A DNA stretch of 64,000 nt from Candidatus Eiseniibacteriota bacterium (GCA_030622115.1 JAUXGN010000007.1:4547-68546), one strand, 5' to 3'. Shown: positions 29,450 to 38,573, counted from the first letter of the stretch. Notes: a model not told the origin generated them from the sequence alone. A program made the numbers and translations.

Positions 29450-30805
29450 ATGCCGACATACGACGCAGCAGACCGGCGCCCGATCCCGCCTGGCTGGACG
29501 GTTGCTCTCTCTTTCTTCTGCCTGACCCTCGTCGTCGCGGCGCCCGCAGTGGCCTACCACGATGAGTACGTTGCCCCGATATCCGAGATACCTCTCACAA
29601 GTCCCAATATCATTGGCGCTCGTTCTTTGGGGATGGGTGGTGTGGGCCTCGCCATCGTTGACGACGCTTCTGCGCTGGCTACGAACCCGGCGGCGCTGGC
29701 ACGGCTCAGGCGAATGGAGCTGGCTGGAGGCCTCGCTTTTCGTGGAAGCGGACGAACCGGGTCGGCCTTCGGAGGCGATATCGACACCAGGGTGACAACA
29801 ACGGATATCTCATCCTTGAGGTTTGCGTATCCGTTTCCGACTTTCCGGGGCAGTCTTGTTGTGGGCTTGTCGATCGATCAGGTCTATGACCTTGCAGCGG
29901 ATTTCCTGGTGAGCTACGAGGATTCGATCGGCTGGAACGAGCCGACTGGAGACACCACGTCGGTGTTCATGGAAGGACCTTGGGGACAGACAGAGGACTT
30001 CCTGACGAGCGGAGGTATCTACTCACTCACTTTCGGAGTGGCCTTCGACGCTTCCGAGAGCGTCTCACTCGGCGCTGCCGTCTCATATCTCTATGGAAAC
30101 TACACTGCAGATTTCCTCTACACTGCGGATGACGTGGAGGGCCTGTCCGATGGATACGATTCCTATTCGCTGCGCGTCGAGAGCGAATCGGATGTGACGG
30201 GCTTAAGATTCCGCATGGGGACTCTCCTCTATCTCACCGAATCACTATCGGCAGGCCTCGTCGTAGAGACACCGACGATTCTGAGATTCAGTGGATACGC
30301 GACTGAGCTGGGGTGTACCGTTGGCCCTGACGGATGGGAGTCCGGCGATACCTACTATTTCGAGGATGACATCGGTCTCCCCTTCTCCTTCGGGGCGGGG
30401 ATCGCCTGGAATCCCACGGATCTTGTTGCTGTCGGATTTGACTACCACTATGCCAACTGGTCCGAAATGACCTACGAAGGACAGATATTCGCCGGAGAGC
30501 GCTCCGAGCGAGAACGGACCTACGCGGCAACCTCGGATCTCCGAGTCGGCGTGGAGGTGACAATGCCGAACCTGCCCCTGCGCCTGCGTGGCGGGTACAT
30601 GACGCGGCCCGTGGCTTACCAGGGTCTCGACATAGACCAGGACAGAGCCTACTACACGCTGGGAGCCGGCATCCTCGTCGACACTGTGTTCACCATTGAT
30701 GTGGCCTGGATCGCGGGCGTATCAGAGCGCTCCGGGGCCGACTTCGATTTCGACGAGCGAATCAAAGATTCCGCTCTCGTCGTAGAAGCGGCCTACCATT
30801 TCTAA
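29450..30805 (+). CDS. Outer-membrane beta-barrel, FadL/OMPP1/PorV-like
   Basis: GARSLGMGG...DDASALATNPAALA N-terminal motif, amphipathic beta strands, terminal YHF. Confidence 0.8.
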   Translation: MPTYDAADRRPIPPGWTVALSFFCLTLVVAAPAVAYHDEYVAPISEIPLTSPNIIGARSLGMGGVGLAIVDDASALATNPAALARLRRMELAGGLAFRGSGRTGSAFGGDIDTRVTTTDISSLRFAYPFPTFRGSLVVGLSIDQVYDLAADFLVSYEDSIGWNEPTGDTTSVFMEGPWGQTEDFLTSGGIYSLTFGVAFDASESVSLGAAVSYLYGNYTADFLYTADDVEGLSDGYDSYSLRVESESDVTGLRFRMGTLLYLTESLSAGLVVETPTILRFSGYATELGCTVGPDGWESGDTYYFEDDIGLPFSFGAGIAWNPTDLVAVGFDYHYANWSEMTYEGQIFAGERSERERTYAATSDLRVGVEVTMPNLPLRLRGGYMTRPVAYQGLDIDQDRAYYTLGAGILVDTVFTIDVAWIAGVSERSGADFDFDERIKDSALVVEAAYHF

Positions 30806-30836
30806 TTCTCTTGTCAGCCCCACCGCGCGAGACACA

Positions 30837-30871
30837 GAAAGGACCCAGCTGAGTTTCAGTTGGGTCCTTTC
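30837..30871. terminator. Probable bidirectional terminator between convergent genes
   Basis: GAAAGGACCCAGCTGA-gtt-TCAGTTGGGTCCTTTC. Confidence 0.8.
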
Positions 30872-30899
30872 CTCACAGTGAACAGAGCAGGCGGAGCCG

Positions 30900-31298
30900 T
30901 CAGTCCATACTGTGCTGACGTACGTAGTCGCCAAGTACGTCTCGCAACGCAGGCTCCAGCCCCGTGAAAAAGCAGGCGATTCGATAGCCTCCGCCGTCAC
31001 CGCCCGAGGGCTGGCATCGAACGACAACCCCCTCGGTCTTCACCACTTCGTTCTTGACCTGACCCTTCCGATCTCGAATCGGGAGTATCATGGTCAACTG
31101 CAGCTTCGTCAGCGGGGCTATGAAGTGGCTGACCTGACAGTAGATTCCCTCTGCACCGACATTGATGCTCTCGGTCGTCAGTGATTCAGCAGGGAAGCTA
31201 TCCTCTGAGCCTGACAACTGAAGGGCGATCTGCGCATCGACTCGCGTCGACTGGCGCCTCTCTCGTCCCTCCCAGTTGTCCCTGTTCTTCTCAGCCAT
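30900..31298 (-). CDS. PilZ domain (c-di-GMP-binding) protein
   Basis: ERRQSTRV (RxxxR) and NVGAEG (NxSxxG-like) motifs, GVVVR. Confidence 0.8.
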   Translation of the reverse strand: MAEKNRDNWEGRERRQSTRVDAQIALQLSGSEDSFPAESLTTESINVGAEGIYCQVSHFIAPLTKLQLTMILPIRDRKGQVKNEVVKTEGVVVRCQPSGGDGGGYRIACFFTGLEPALRDVLGDYVRQHSMD

Positions 31299-31358
31299 GG
31301 GTCCTCCAGACGACGAGCCAGTTCAGGCAGATGAACCAAAACCCGTACGTGTCAAAGC

Positions 31359-31454
31359 CTAGCGGACCTTCTTCTTGTGACGATCCTTGCGACGCCTCTT
31401 CTTCAACTTGTGCTTCGCCATCTTCTTGCGACGCTTCTTCTTCAGACTTGGCAT
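31359..31454 (-). CDS. Small basic protein of the bS22 / AURKAIP1-COX24 family
   Basis: MPSLKKKRRKKMAKHKLKKRRRKDRHKKKVR with AAGGAGG RBS; below the ORF-track size cutoff. Confidence 0.85.
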   Translation of the reverse strand: MPSLKKKRRKKMAKHKLKKRRRKDRHKKKVR

Positions 31455-31462
31455 ACGCCTCC

Positions 31463-31798
31463 TTACACGGACGTTGGCTCGTCGCCCGGAACCGGCAGTA
31501 CAGCCGTCCGGGGCTCACCCATCCAGTTGACCCTCTCCTTCAAAAACTTGCTCGGCTTGAACACAGGGACGATCTTCTCAGGCACGATCACCTTCTGCGA
31601 TCGATCCCTCGGGTTGTACTTCATGCTGGCCTTGCGTTTCTTGACCTTGAAGGTACCGAACTCCCTGATTTCAATGTGTCTGTGTTCGGCAAGCGCTTCT
31701 TTGATAGCGTCCAGAAGCGCCTCGACGACCACAGCCACATCACGCTTGGTCAACCCGGTCCTACCGGCTATGCGATCTACCAGATCCGCTTTGGTCAT
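31463..31798 (-). CDS. HU/IHF family DNA-binding protein
   Basis: MTKADLVD.IA...IEIREFGTF.V..RK....NPR...VPVFKPSK.LK. Confidence 0.92.
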   Translation of the reverse strand: MTKADLVDRIAGRTGLTKRDVAVVVEALLDAIKEALAEHRHIEIREFGTFKVKKRKASMKYNPRDRSQKVIVPEKIVPVFKPSKFLKERVNWMGEPRTAVLPVPGDEPTSV

Positions 31799-32131
31799 CG
31801 TCCACAACCTCCGCTGTGGAATCCATCATGCTCCCCTGCATCACGTGCACACAAATTCCAGAGGGCAGGACACACCAGATGTCGCTGCTCTCTTTGGCGC
31901 ACGGCGCCACTCGCCTCGTATGGCCTCGCCGCCTCCAGCTGCTTGTGGGAGAACGGCTATGAAACACACCATCTGGTGGGGCGCATCTCAGACTGCGCAG
32001 CAACACCCCATCGTGTCTCCCGGTGCGTCTCTCCGGCTCGCCACCTTGGCGAACCGATAGCGTTTCAGGGATTCGAGCGGTGTCTCATGGATAGACATAA
32101 CCAAAGTGAGACCACTTGACTCACACAACAC

Positions 32132-32160
32132 ATCCTAGCAACAGACACGGGGTCTGTCAA
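32132..32160 (-). promoter_or_regulatory. sigma70-type promoter giving a ~325-nt leader to the HU gene
   Basis: TTGACA-17 bp-TAGGAT with an extended -10 TG. Confidence 0.7.
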
Positions 32161-32175
32161 ATGCTTTTGTGAAGG

Positions 32176-33069
32176 TCACTTGGCGGGTCTGAACAGATAC
32201 TGGGCGCCGCCACGGATGGACGCGGGTTCCAGCAGTCCGAAAACAGATCGGCCGACCAGATCCGCCAGTGTCAATCGATGAACCTTTACAGGCTCGACAA
32301 CTCGCGGGTCGCCCTCGATTCCCCCCATTCTTGCGGCCACAAGCTCTGCGTCCTCAAGAGTCCCGAGAAGATCGACGAGGCCCTCCTTGAGTGCCTGTCG
32401 CCCCGAGAAGATGCGTCCATCGGCTATCTCCCGGACGGTCTCAATGTCGAGGGTTCGCTCCATCGCGACAACCTCCATGAACTGCAAGTGAATGTCGTCG
32501 AGCGTATCCTGGAGGAGCTCACGCTCTTCGGGAGTCATCTGCCGGTTCATAGAGCCCAGATCCTTATACTCGCCGCTCTTGACAATTTCAAAGTCTACGC
32601 CGACCTTGTCGAAGAGCTCCTCGAGATTCATGAAGGACATTATCACACCGATGCTGCCGGTCAGAGTTCCTGGATTGGCCACGATCGTGTCGGCAGGACA
32701 GGCCACGTAATATCCTCCAGAGGCTGCCATTGCTCCCATAGACACAACGATCGGCATGCCGCCTTCACGGAGGGCAACGATCTCCTCGTAGATCTCCTGG
32801 GATGCAGCCACCCCTCCCCCGGGGCTATCGATCCTGAGTACGAGCGCTTTCGTGCCCCCGTCGTCCTCGAAGGATCTGAGATCAGCAATGACCTCGCGTG
32901 AATCGGCGATCACCCCCTCTATCCGCACCAAGCCGATGTGGGCGCCGTAGGTCGGAAAGCGCATCTGCTGTCCGAGAAGCGATTCTATCAAGATCATCGT
33001 GATGAGGAATATGACGAGGAGTCCGACAGTGCCGGCCAGCCACCCCCACAGACAGCCCTTCTTGGTCAT
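32176..33069 (-). CDS. sppA: Signal peptide peptidase SppA (36K type)
   Basis: RIDSPGG, SMGAMAASGGYY, TGSIGVI, KSGEYKD, DGRIFSG. Confidence 0.93.
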   Translation of the reverse strand: MTKKGCLWGWLAGTVGLLVIFLITMILIESLLGQQMRFPTYGAHIGLVRIEGVIADSREVIADLRSFEDDGGTKALVLRIDSPGGGVAASQEIYEEIVALREGGMPIVVSMGAMAASGGYYVACPADTIVANPGTLTGSIGVIMSFMNLEELFDKVGVDFEIVKSGEYKDLGSMNRQMTPEERELLQDTLDDIHLQFMEVVAMERTLDIETVREIADGRIFSGRQALKEGLVDLLGTLEDAELVAARMGGIEGDPRVVEPVKVHRLTLADLVGRSVFGLLEPASIRGGAQYLFRPAK

Positions 33070-33098
33070 GTTGTTTCTCCTGGGATCACAGAATCGCG

Positions 33099-33887
33099 TT
33101 ACGTTTGCTTCGTTCGGCGCCTGACTTCCTCAATGACTGCCTTCACCAGTGCATCATTCGTCGCGTCTGCCGGGTCCGTCGAACCGCTTGCCTCATCGCT
33201 TGAGTTGGGACAGACACCGCAATCGTAGCAGATATCGATCGTTCCAGCTATTCCGAGCTTCTCACGGACGCGAACCAGGTCTTCCAGGTTTGCTCTTGAG
33301 AGAGGTGATGCTCCTCCAAGCTGCCGCGCAGTCAGTGAGACCGCGGCGAAATGCTCAACTGTCTCCATGCGATAGTAGGCTTGGTAGATGTCCTCCCCGA
33401 GTGTGAGAACACCGTGATTCTTGAGCAGCATGGCGCTGTGGGTGTCAATGAATCCGCTGATCGACTGTGAAACCTCCTGTGTGGAGGGGGTTGCGTAGTC
33501 CGCCAGCGGTACGCCGCCCAATGACAGGATGACTTCGGGAAGGATGCACTGCGCCAGAGCCACGCCTGCGACCGCAAACCCTGTGGCTTTTGGCGGGTGA
33601 GCGTGCACAACACTTCCGATCTCGGGGCGGCGGTTGTAGGCGAAGAGGTGCATCCCGAGCTCCGATGTCGGTTCGAGGCGCCCAGCCAGTTTCTGTCCCT
33701 TGAGATTGACGACCACCAGATCGTCTGTTCGGAGGAACCCCTTCGACCGCCCCGTCGGTGTGACGACGATGCGATCACGGTCGATCCGAATACTGAGATT
33801 GCCGTCATTCGAGGCGACGTAGCCACGCTCCCAGATTCTCCGTCCTATCTCAACGATCTGTCGCTCGGCCTCAAACTGCGAGAGCAT
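33099..33887 (-). CDS. Class II aldolase/adducin (fuculose-1-phosphate aldolase-like) with C-terminal encapsulation peptide
   Basis: DGNLS, TPTG.SK, TSE..MH, VVHAHP, LL.NHG; tail TNDALVKAVIEEVRRRT; start MLSQF at 33887. Confidence 0.88.
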   Translation of the reverse strand: MLSQFEAERQIVEIGRRIWERGYVASNDGNLSIRIDRDRIVVTPTGRSKGFLRTDDLVVVNLKGQKLAGRLEPTSELGMHLFAYNRRPEIGSVVHAHPPKATGFAVAGVALAQCILPEVILSLGGVPLADYATPSTQEVSQSISGFIDTHSAMLLKNHGVLTLGEDIYQAYYRMETVEHFAAVSLTARQLGGASPLSRANLEDLVRVREKLGIAGTIDICYDCGVCPNSSDEASGSTDPADATNDALVKAVIEEVRRRTKQT

Positions 33888-33894
33888 TCTTCCC

Positions 33895-34167
33895 CTATGC
33901 CTCCACGTCGATCCTGTCGACGACTCCCACGATGAGCGTGCGAATCGGCGGATCATCAAGTCCGGTGACCAGTGCTGCAGAGGTGCCCTCGTCAACCACC
34001 AGAACAACCTCTCCGACGCCGGCTCCCACCGAGTCGATCGCCAGGAGCGAATCCCCCAACGGCCTTCGCTCGGTGTCGAGTCTCTCTATCACGAGGAGTT
34101 TGCGCCCCTCGAGTGCAGGGTGCTTTATGGTCGATACAACTTCGCCGATGATCTTTGCGAGAAACAA
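33895..34167 (-). CDS. BMC vertex protein (BMC-P, EutN/CcmL family)
   Basis: AKIIGEVVSTIK, AIDSVGAGVGE.VL, IVGVVD; TTG start. Confidence 0.93.
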   Translation of the reverse strand: MFLAKIIGEVVSTIKHPALEGRKLLVIERLDTERRPLGDSLLAIDSVGAGVGEVVLVVDEGTSAALVTGLDDPPIRTLIVGVVDRIDVEA

Positions 34168-34196
34168 GGAGTCGTCCTCATGGTCGGGTCCACGTG

Positions 34197-34469
34197 TCAG
34201 GTGTTGAGGATCGTCACGTCGTCAACGATACCCAGGATAGCTGCATCCACCGGATTGAAACGTTCCTCCAACGCCTTGCACGCCTCGCGGGATTTCACGA
34301 AGTAGATGAGTTGCCCCGGAGCAGCAGAGACCGTGTCGACGGCGACGAGTGGACGTCCCAGCTCCTGTAGATCGTGTGTCAACGGCTGTACCACCAGAAG
34401 GCGGTATCCCTTGAGGGTCTCCACCTTGACCGTGGCCCAGACGCTACCTATCACTCTCGCCAGATGCAG
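34197..34469 (-). CDS. BMC vertex protein (BMC-P, EutN/CcmL family), probable CTG start
   Basis: (M)HLARVIGSVWATVK, VAVDTVSAAPG, PVDAAILGIVD. Confidence 0.9.
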   Translation of the reverse strand: MHLARVIGSVWATVKVETLKGYRLLVVQPLTHDLQELGRPLVAVDTVSAAPGQLIYFVKSREACKALEERFNPVDAAILGIVDDVTILNT

Positions 34470-34479
34470 TGCGCACCCC

Positions 34480-35028
34480 CTAGAAGACCTTGGATTGGAG
34501 ATCCTTGTGCGGGCGCGGGATCACCACGCTCCGGACCAGGTTCCCGCTCTTCTTGAGAAGCAGAAGCGCGGCTTCGATGGCCGCTTCGACTTGGTAGATG
34601 TCGCCCGTCACACAGAAGAACCCCTTTCCCCCGAGTCCCTTGGCCAGGCGAATCTCGATGAGTCTGATGTGCGCGGCCTTCGCGGCCGCATCAGCGGCCG
34701 CAATGGAAGCCGCTGCCGTGAAAGTCTCCACAACCCCGAGCGCGCTCAGTTCGGCGACATCAGTAGCGCCGAGCAATGCCGGAAAGACGTCGGAGTGGAC
34801 GTGCGGGATGAACAGCGTATCCACGACGACGTCTCCCCCGATCTCGATGCCCCGAGCGAGCGACGCTTCCACAGCCGATACATCACCCGCCACCAGCACC
34901 ATGTACTTCCCGGGGCAGATGGCCGTGGCGTCCAGTATCTCGACCGGAGCGCATTTCGCCATCTCGTCGGCGATGCGTATGCCAAGAGCGATGCTTATTG
35001 TCTCTATGAGGGCTATCGCTTCCCTCAA
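34480..35028 (-). CDS. pduT: Tandem-domain BMC shell protein, PduT-like
   Basis: Two BMC domains; ICPGKY carries the Cys that binds Fe-S in PduT; GLGGK, VIPRPH. Confidence 0.85.
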   Translation of the reverse strand: MREAIALIETISIALGIRIADEMAKCAPVEILDATAICPGKYMVLVAGDVSAVEASLARGIEIGGDVVVDTLFIPHVHSDVFPALLGATDVAELSALGVVETFTAAASIAAADAAAKAAHIRLIEIRLAKGLGGKGFFCVTGDIYQVEAAIEAALLLLKKSGNLVRSVVIPRPHKDLQSKVF

Positions 35029-35092
35029 AGCTCCTCCTTCAAGCGGCGTCTCAGACAGATGCAGCGATCGGATCCGACAAGACCCGTCCTCG

Positions 35093-36424
35093 CTAGTTCA
35101 TGGACTCGATGACGACCTCGACGGGAGTGACGGACGTGACTCCTCCATCGATGCTGGCGTGGACACGCGCCCCAATGCCGCCGGGTCGAATCTCTCCGAT
35201 CAGATCGCCCTCCAGTACCCGCTGCCCCACCTCGACGATCGGTTCGGCCGGGTTGCCGACGTGTTGACTCATGGGCAGCACCACGCGTCGGGTCTCTTGC
35301 GTCCAGTCCTTGAGCGGAGCTGAAACGTCATAGTCCGAAAGACCCAGGCGCTGAACGAGTCGAACCGACGGGATCTGTCGGTACTCTCTCACGCCGTCCG
35401 GGCTGAGGTCCGCTCTGGTGTGAGGGTTCTCGATTCCTCTCAGTGACAGCTCCGCCTTGAGAGCGGCCAGAATACGCCGGGGCTGTATTCCCAGCGGACA
35501 GGCGAAGAGCTCACACATGCCGCACTCGCAGCAGAGGTACGCTGATGTGATGTGTGGGTGGTCCATCTCAAGCGTCGAGTACTGTATCGCTCTTATTGTT
35601 CTGTGAGGGGCGAGTTCGTGTCCGAGAAGGGCACGGGGACAGAGCTCGGTGCAGGCCATACACTGGCAGCATGCCGCCCTGGCAAGCCTGAGCACGTGCG
35701 CCTCTGTCGAGGCACGCGACGCAATCAGCGGATGCTCCTCGGAAAGCACGACGATTCCTCCAACTGTCTTCGTGACCGGTTCCGAGAGATTGTCTACTGC
35801 CAGTCGTCCCATCATGGGGCCGCCGACGATCACAGCGGGATTCTCCACGGTTGCTCCACCACTCGCGGCAACGAGATCTCCAATCGGAACACCTATCGGA
35901 ACATCGAAGGTTGCAGGCCTCTTGACGGCGCCCTGCACTGAGACCAATCGTCTGGTCACTGGACGGCCAAGAACGGCTTCTGCCACGTTGGCCAGTGTCA
36001 TCACGTTGTTCACGACCACACCGATGTCGAGCGGGATGCCTCCCTCGGGAATGACACGACCCGTGAGTTCGTAGACCAGGAGATACTCGTCTCCCGCGGG
36101 GTAGACGTCATCCAGAAACTCGAGTTCGATGCCCGGGAAACGACCAAGCTCCGATGTCAGCGCATCTCCAGCGTCGACGTTCTCTCGCTTGACGGCAATC
36201 ACCGCGCGCGATGCTCCAAGCGAATCTCGCATGAGACTCACTCCCTTGAGCACACGCTCGGGAGCGGTCGCCATTATGATTCCGTCCGAGCGGAGCAGTG
36301 GCTCGCACTCGGCCCCATTAGCGATCATCGTATCGGCCCGCCCAAGAGCCTTCACGTGCGTTGGGAAACCGGCTCCGCCGGCCCCTACGACGCCCGCCTT
36401 CTCTATGGCAGTGGCCGTTGACAT
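35093..36424 (-). CDS. pduS: PduS-like flavin/Fe-S oxidoreductase (RnfC-related)
   Basis: GVVGAGGAGFPTHVK, NGAECEPLL, YPAGDE, GGPMMG, CCQCMACTELCP, CCECGMC....CP, QHVG. Confidence 0.88.
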   Translation of the reverse strand: MSTATAIEKAGVVGAGGAGFPTHVKALGRADTMIANGAECEPLLRSDGIIMATAPERVLKGVSLMRDSLGASRAVIAVKRENVDAGDALTSELGRFPGIELEFLDDVYPAGDEYLLVYELTGRVIPEGGIPLDIGVVVNNVMTLANVAEAVLGRPVTRRLVSVQGAVKRPATFDVPIGVPIGDLVAASGGATVENPAVIVGGPMMGRLAVDNLSEPVTKTVGGIVVLSEEHPLIASRASTEAHVLRLARAACCQCMACTELCPRALLGHELAPHRTIRAIQYSTLEMDHPHITSAYLCCECGMCELFACPLGIQPRRILAALKAELSLRGIENPHTRADLSPDGVREYRQIPSVRLVQRLGLSDYDVSAPLKDWTQETRRVVLPMSQHVGNPAEPIVEVGQRVLEGDLIGEIRPGGIGARVHASIDGGVTSVTPVEVVIESMN

Positions 36425-36425
36425 T

Positions 36426-37856
36426 CTAGACGATCCTGAAGTAGTCGACGAGCGTGCAGCGGCGCTCTCGCGTGAATGTTCGCGCCGACGTCAATCCCTC
36501 TCCCGTCGGGCTCGCTATGGTGAACGTGGTGAAGCCTTCTCCACCGAACCCAAGACCGGCGAATGAGGGCCCGTTCTTCACGAAGATCGAGCAGTCCATG
36601 ACTCTCGCCATGCGAGAGAGGTGCTCGATGCTCTTCGAATGCATGACCGCCGTATGCCGGTTGCCGCGCTCGACACGCCTCGCGAGATCTATGGCTTCGA
36701 TCGCGGTCTCCACGATTACCATGGGAACGACAGGCATCATCTGTTCAGTCCAGACGAGGGGATGGTCCACGTCGGCCACGAAAAAGGCCAATCTTGTTCC
36801 AGCGGGACAGGAGAGACCTGCCTCCCTGAGGATCACATCCGCATCCCGGCCCACGAGTTCCCGTTTCAGGGGGGAACTGCGTTCTGCCCCCCGGTCTTCC
36901 TCGAGAACCGTCTTCGTCAGACGCTCGATAGCCTGTCCCTTGACCTCTAGTGCGCCCGCCGCAGAAAGCGCCGCGCGCAGTCTGTCTGATACGGCGCGAA
37001 CGGCGATTATCTCCTTCTCAGCAATACAGACGATGTTGTTGTCGAAGCTCGCGCCCGCGATGATGTCCCGCGCCGCCTGGTCAACGTCGGCTGTCTCATC
37101 GACCACCACCGGGGGGTTGCCCGGTCCGGCTGCTATGACCTTCTTCCCGCTCTCCATCGCCGCCCTCACCACCGCTGGGCCGCCCGTCACGACGAGAAGC
37201 TTTATGTCGGAGTGCCGCATGAGCGCTTGTGCCGTGTCTATTGAAGGCTCACTGACTGCGTACAGAAGCGCCCGGGGACCTCCCGCCGCGCTGATGGCGC
37301 GATTCAGAATGTCGATCGTCGTGAGGGAGACAACGCGTGCTCCCGGATGCGGATTGAACACGACAGCATTGCCGCCTGCGATCATGCTGATTGCGTTGTT
37401 GATGATGGTCTCGGATGGGTTGGTCGATGGGGTGATGGATCCGATCACTCCGTACGGCGCACGCTCCACAATCGTAAGCCCGTGGTCTCCAGAGAAAGCC
37501 ACGGGCCTCAGATCTTCCGTGCCCGGAGTGCGTTCTGCGACGAGGACGTTCTTCTGTTCCTTGTCCTCGATGCGCCCGAGCCCTGTCTCTTCTACCGCCT
37601 GCTCCGCGAGCGACCGCGCGTTCTCGAGAGCGGCCAAGCGCATTGCCTGAATGATCCCCTTGCGGAGTTCGAGCGAACTCCCGATCAGCTCGCGCTGGCT
37701 CGTCCACGCAGCCCGAACAGCGTCATCCATCGCCTCGAGAATCCCGCGACCGTCAAAGGCCGGAGGCGCCTGTCTCGGCGTCGCTTCCCCAGTGGATACC
37801 AATTCACGGACGACACGCTCGACTACCGTCCTGATGGCAAGCTCTTCATTCGCCAT
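36426..37856 (-). CDS. CoA-acylating aldehyde dehydrogenase (EutE/PduP family) with N-terminal encapsulation peptide
   Basis: PSTNP, TGGPAVV, AGPGNPP, FDNNIVCIAEKE, GGEGFTTFTIASPTGEG; N-terminus ANEELAIRTVVERVVRELV. Confidence 0.93.
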   Translation of the reverse strand: MANEELAIRTVVERVVRELVSTGEATPRQAPPAFDGRGILEAMDDAVRAAWTSQRELIGSSLELRKGIIQAMRLAALENARSLAEQAVEETGLGRIEDKEQKNVLVAERTPGTEDLRPVAFSGDHGLTIVERAPYGVIGSITPSTNPSETIINNAISMIAGGNAVVFNPHPGARVVSLTTIDILNRAISAAGGPRALLYAVSEPSIDTAQALMRHSDIKLLVVTGGPAVVRAAMESGKKVIAAGPGNPPVVVDETADVDQAARDIIAGASFDNNIVCIAEKEIIAVRAVSDRLRAALSAAGALEVKGQAIERLTKTVLEEDRGAERSSPLKRELVGRDADVILREAGLSCPAGTRLAFFVADVDHPLVWTEQMMPVVPMVIVETAIEAIDLARRVERGNRHTAVMHSKSIEHLSRMARVMDCSIFVKNGPSFAGLGFGGEGFTTFTIASPTGEGLTSARTFTRERRCTLVDYFRIV

Positions 37857-37875
37857 GTGTCTGCCGATCCTCTAT

Positions 37876-38163
37876 TCACTTGTCGTAGAGGAGCTTCCCG
37901 CCGACCTCGATGGAGTCGACGATAGCCATGATGACGGCATCGGCAGGTCTGTCCTTCGTCAGCGAGGTCTGGCGCGCCGAGCTTCCGCTCGCGTAGAGAA
38001 CGATCTCTCCCTCACCAGCACCGACTGCGTCGATCGCAACGACGAACGCTCCCGTCTCGCTGCCATCCAGTTCGACCTGTTTCACGATCAAGAGCTTCGT
38101 GCCTGTAAGCTTGTCGTCCTTCTGGCTGGCGACGATTGTCCCGACGACCTTGCCGATAGTCAT
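37876..38163 (-). CDS. BMC vertex protein (BMC-P, EutN/CcmL family)
   Basis: MTIGKVVGTIVASQK, AIDAVGAGEGE.VL..SGSSAR, DAVIMAIVD. Confidence 0.93.
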   Translation of the reverse strand: MTIGKVVGTIVASQKDDKLTGTKLLIVKQVELDGSETGAFVVAIDAVGAGEGEIVLYASGSSARQTSLTKDRPADAVIMAIVDSIEVGGKLLYDK

Positions 38164-38276
38164 AGTCCACCTCTGCCGTCCGTGTAGCACCACACAACCC
38201 AGACCAAGGCCTGTGGGCGGCAACAAATCAGTTCGCTCACACCCGGTCTGTGCGTCGTCCTGACTGGTGATGGTCT

Positions 38277-38573
38277 CTATTTCGCCTTCGATTTCGCTGT
38301 CTTGCCGATCGGCAGCGCATCCTCAAGACTCGAGTGAGGCTGTGGTATGACGTGCGTGGAGATAAGCTCGCCCACCTTGCTGGCAGTTGCCATTCCGGCA
38401 TCCACCGCTGCGCGCACCGCAGCGACGTCGCCGCGAACGATGGCTGTCACGTACCCCCCGCCGACCTTCTCATAGCCGACGAGCCTCACCTTGGCTGCTT
38501 TCACCATGGCATCGGATGCTTCGACCATTCCGATAAAACCCCTGGTCTCGATCATTCCGAGGGCTTCGCCCAT
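38277..38573 (-). CDS. BMC hexamer shell protein (BMC-H)
   Basis: ALGMIETRG...[12 protein letters not shown]...[16 protein letters not shown]. Confidence 0.95.
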   Translation of the reverse strand: MGEALGMIETRGFIGMVEASDAMVKAAKVRLVGYEKVGGGYVTAIVRGDVAAVRAAVDAGMATASKVGELISTHVIPQPHSSLEDALPIGKTAKSKAK

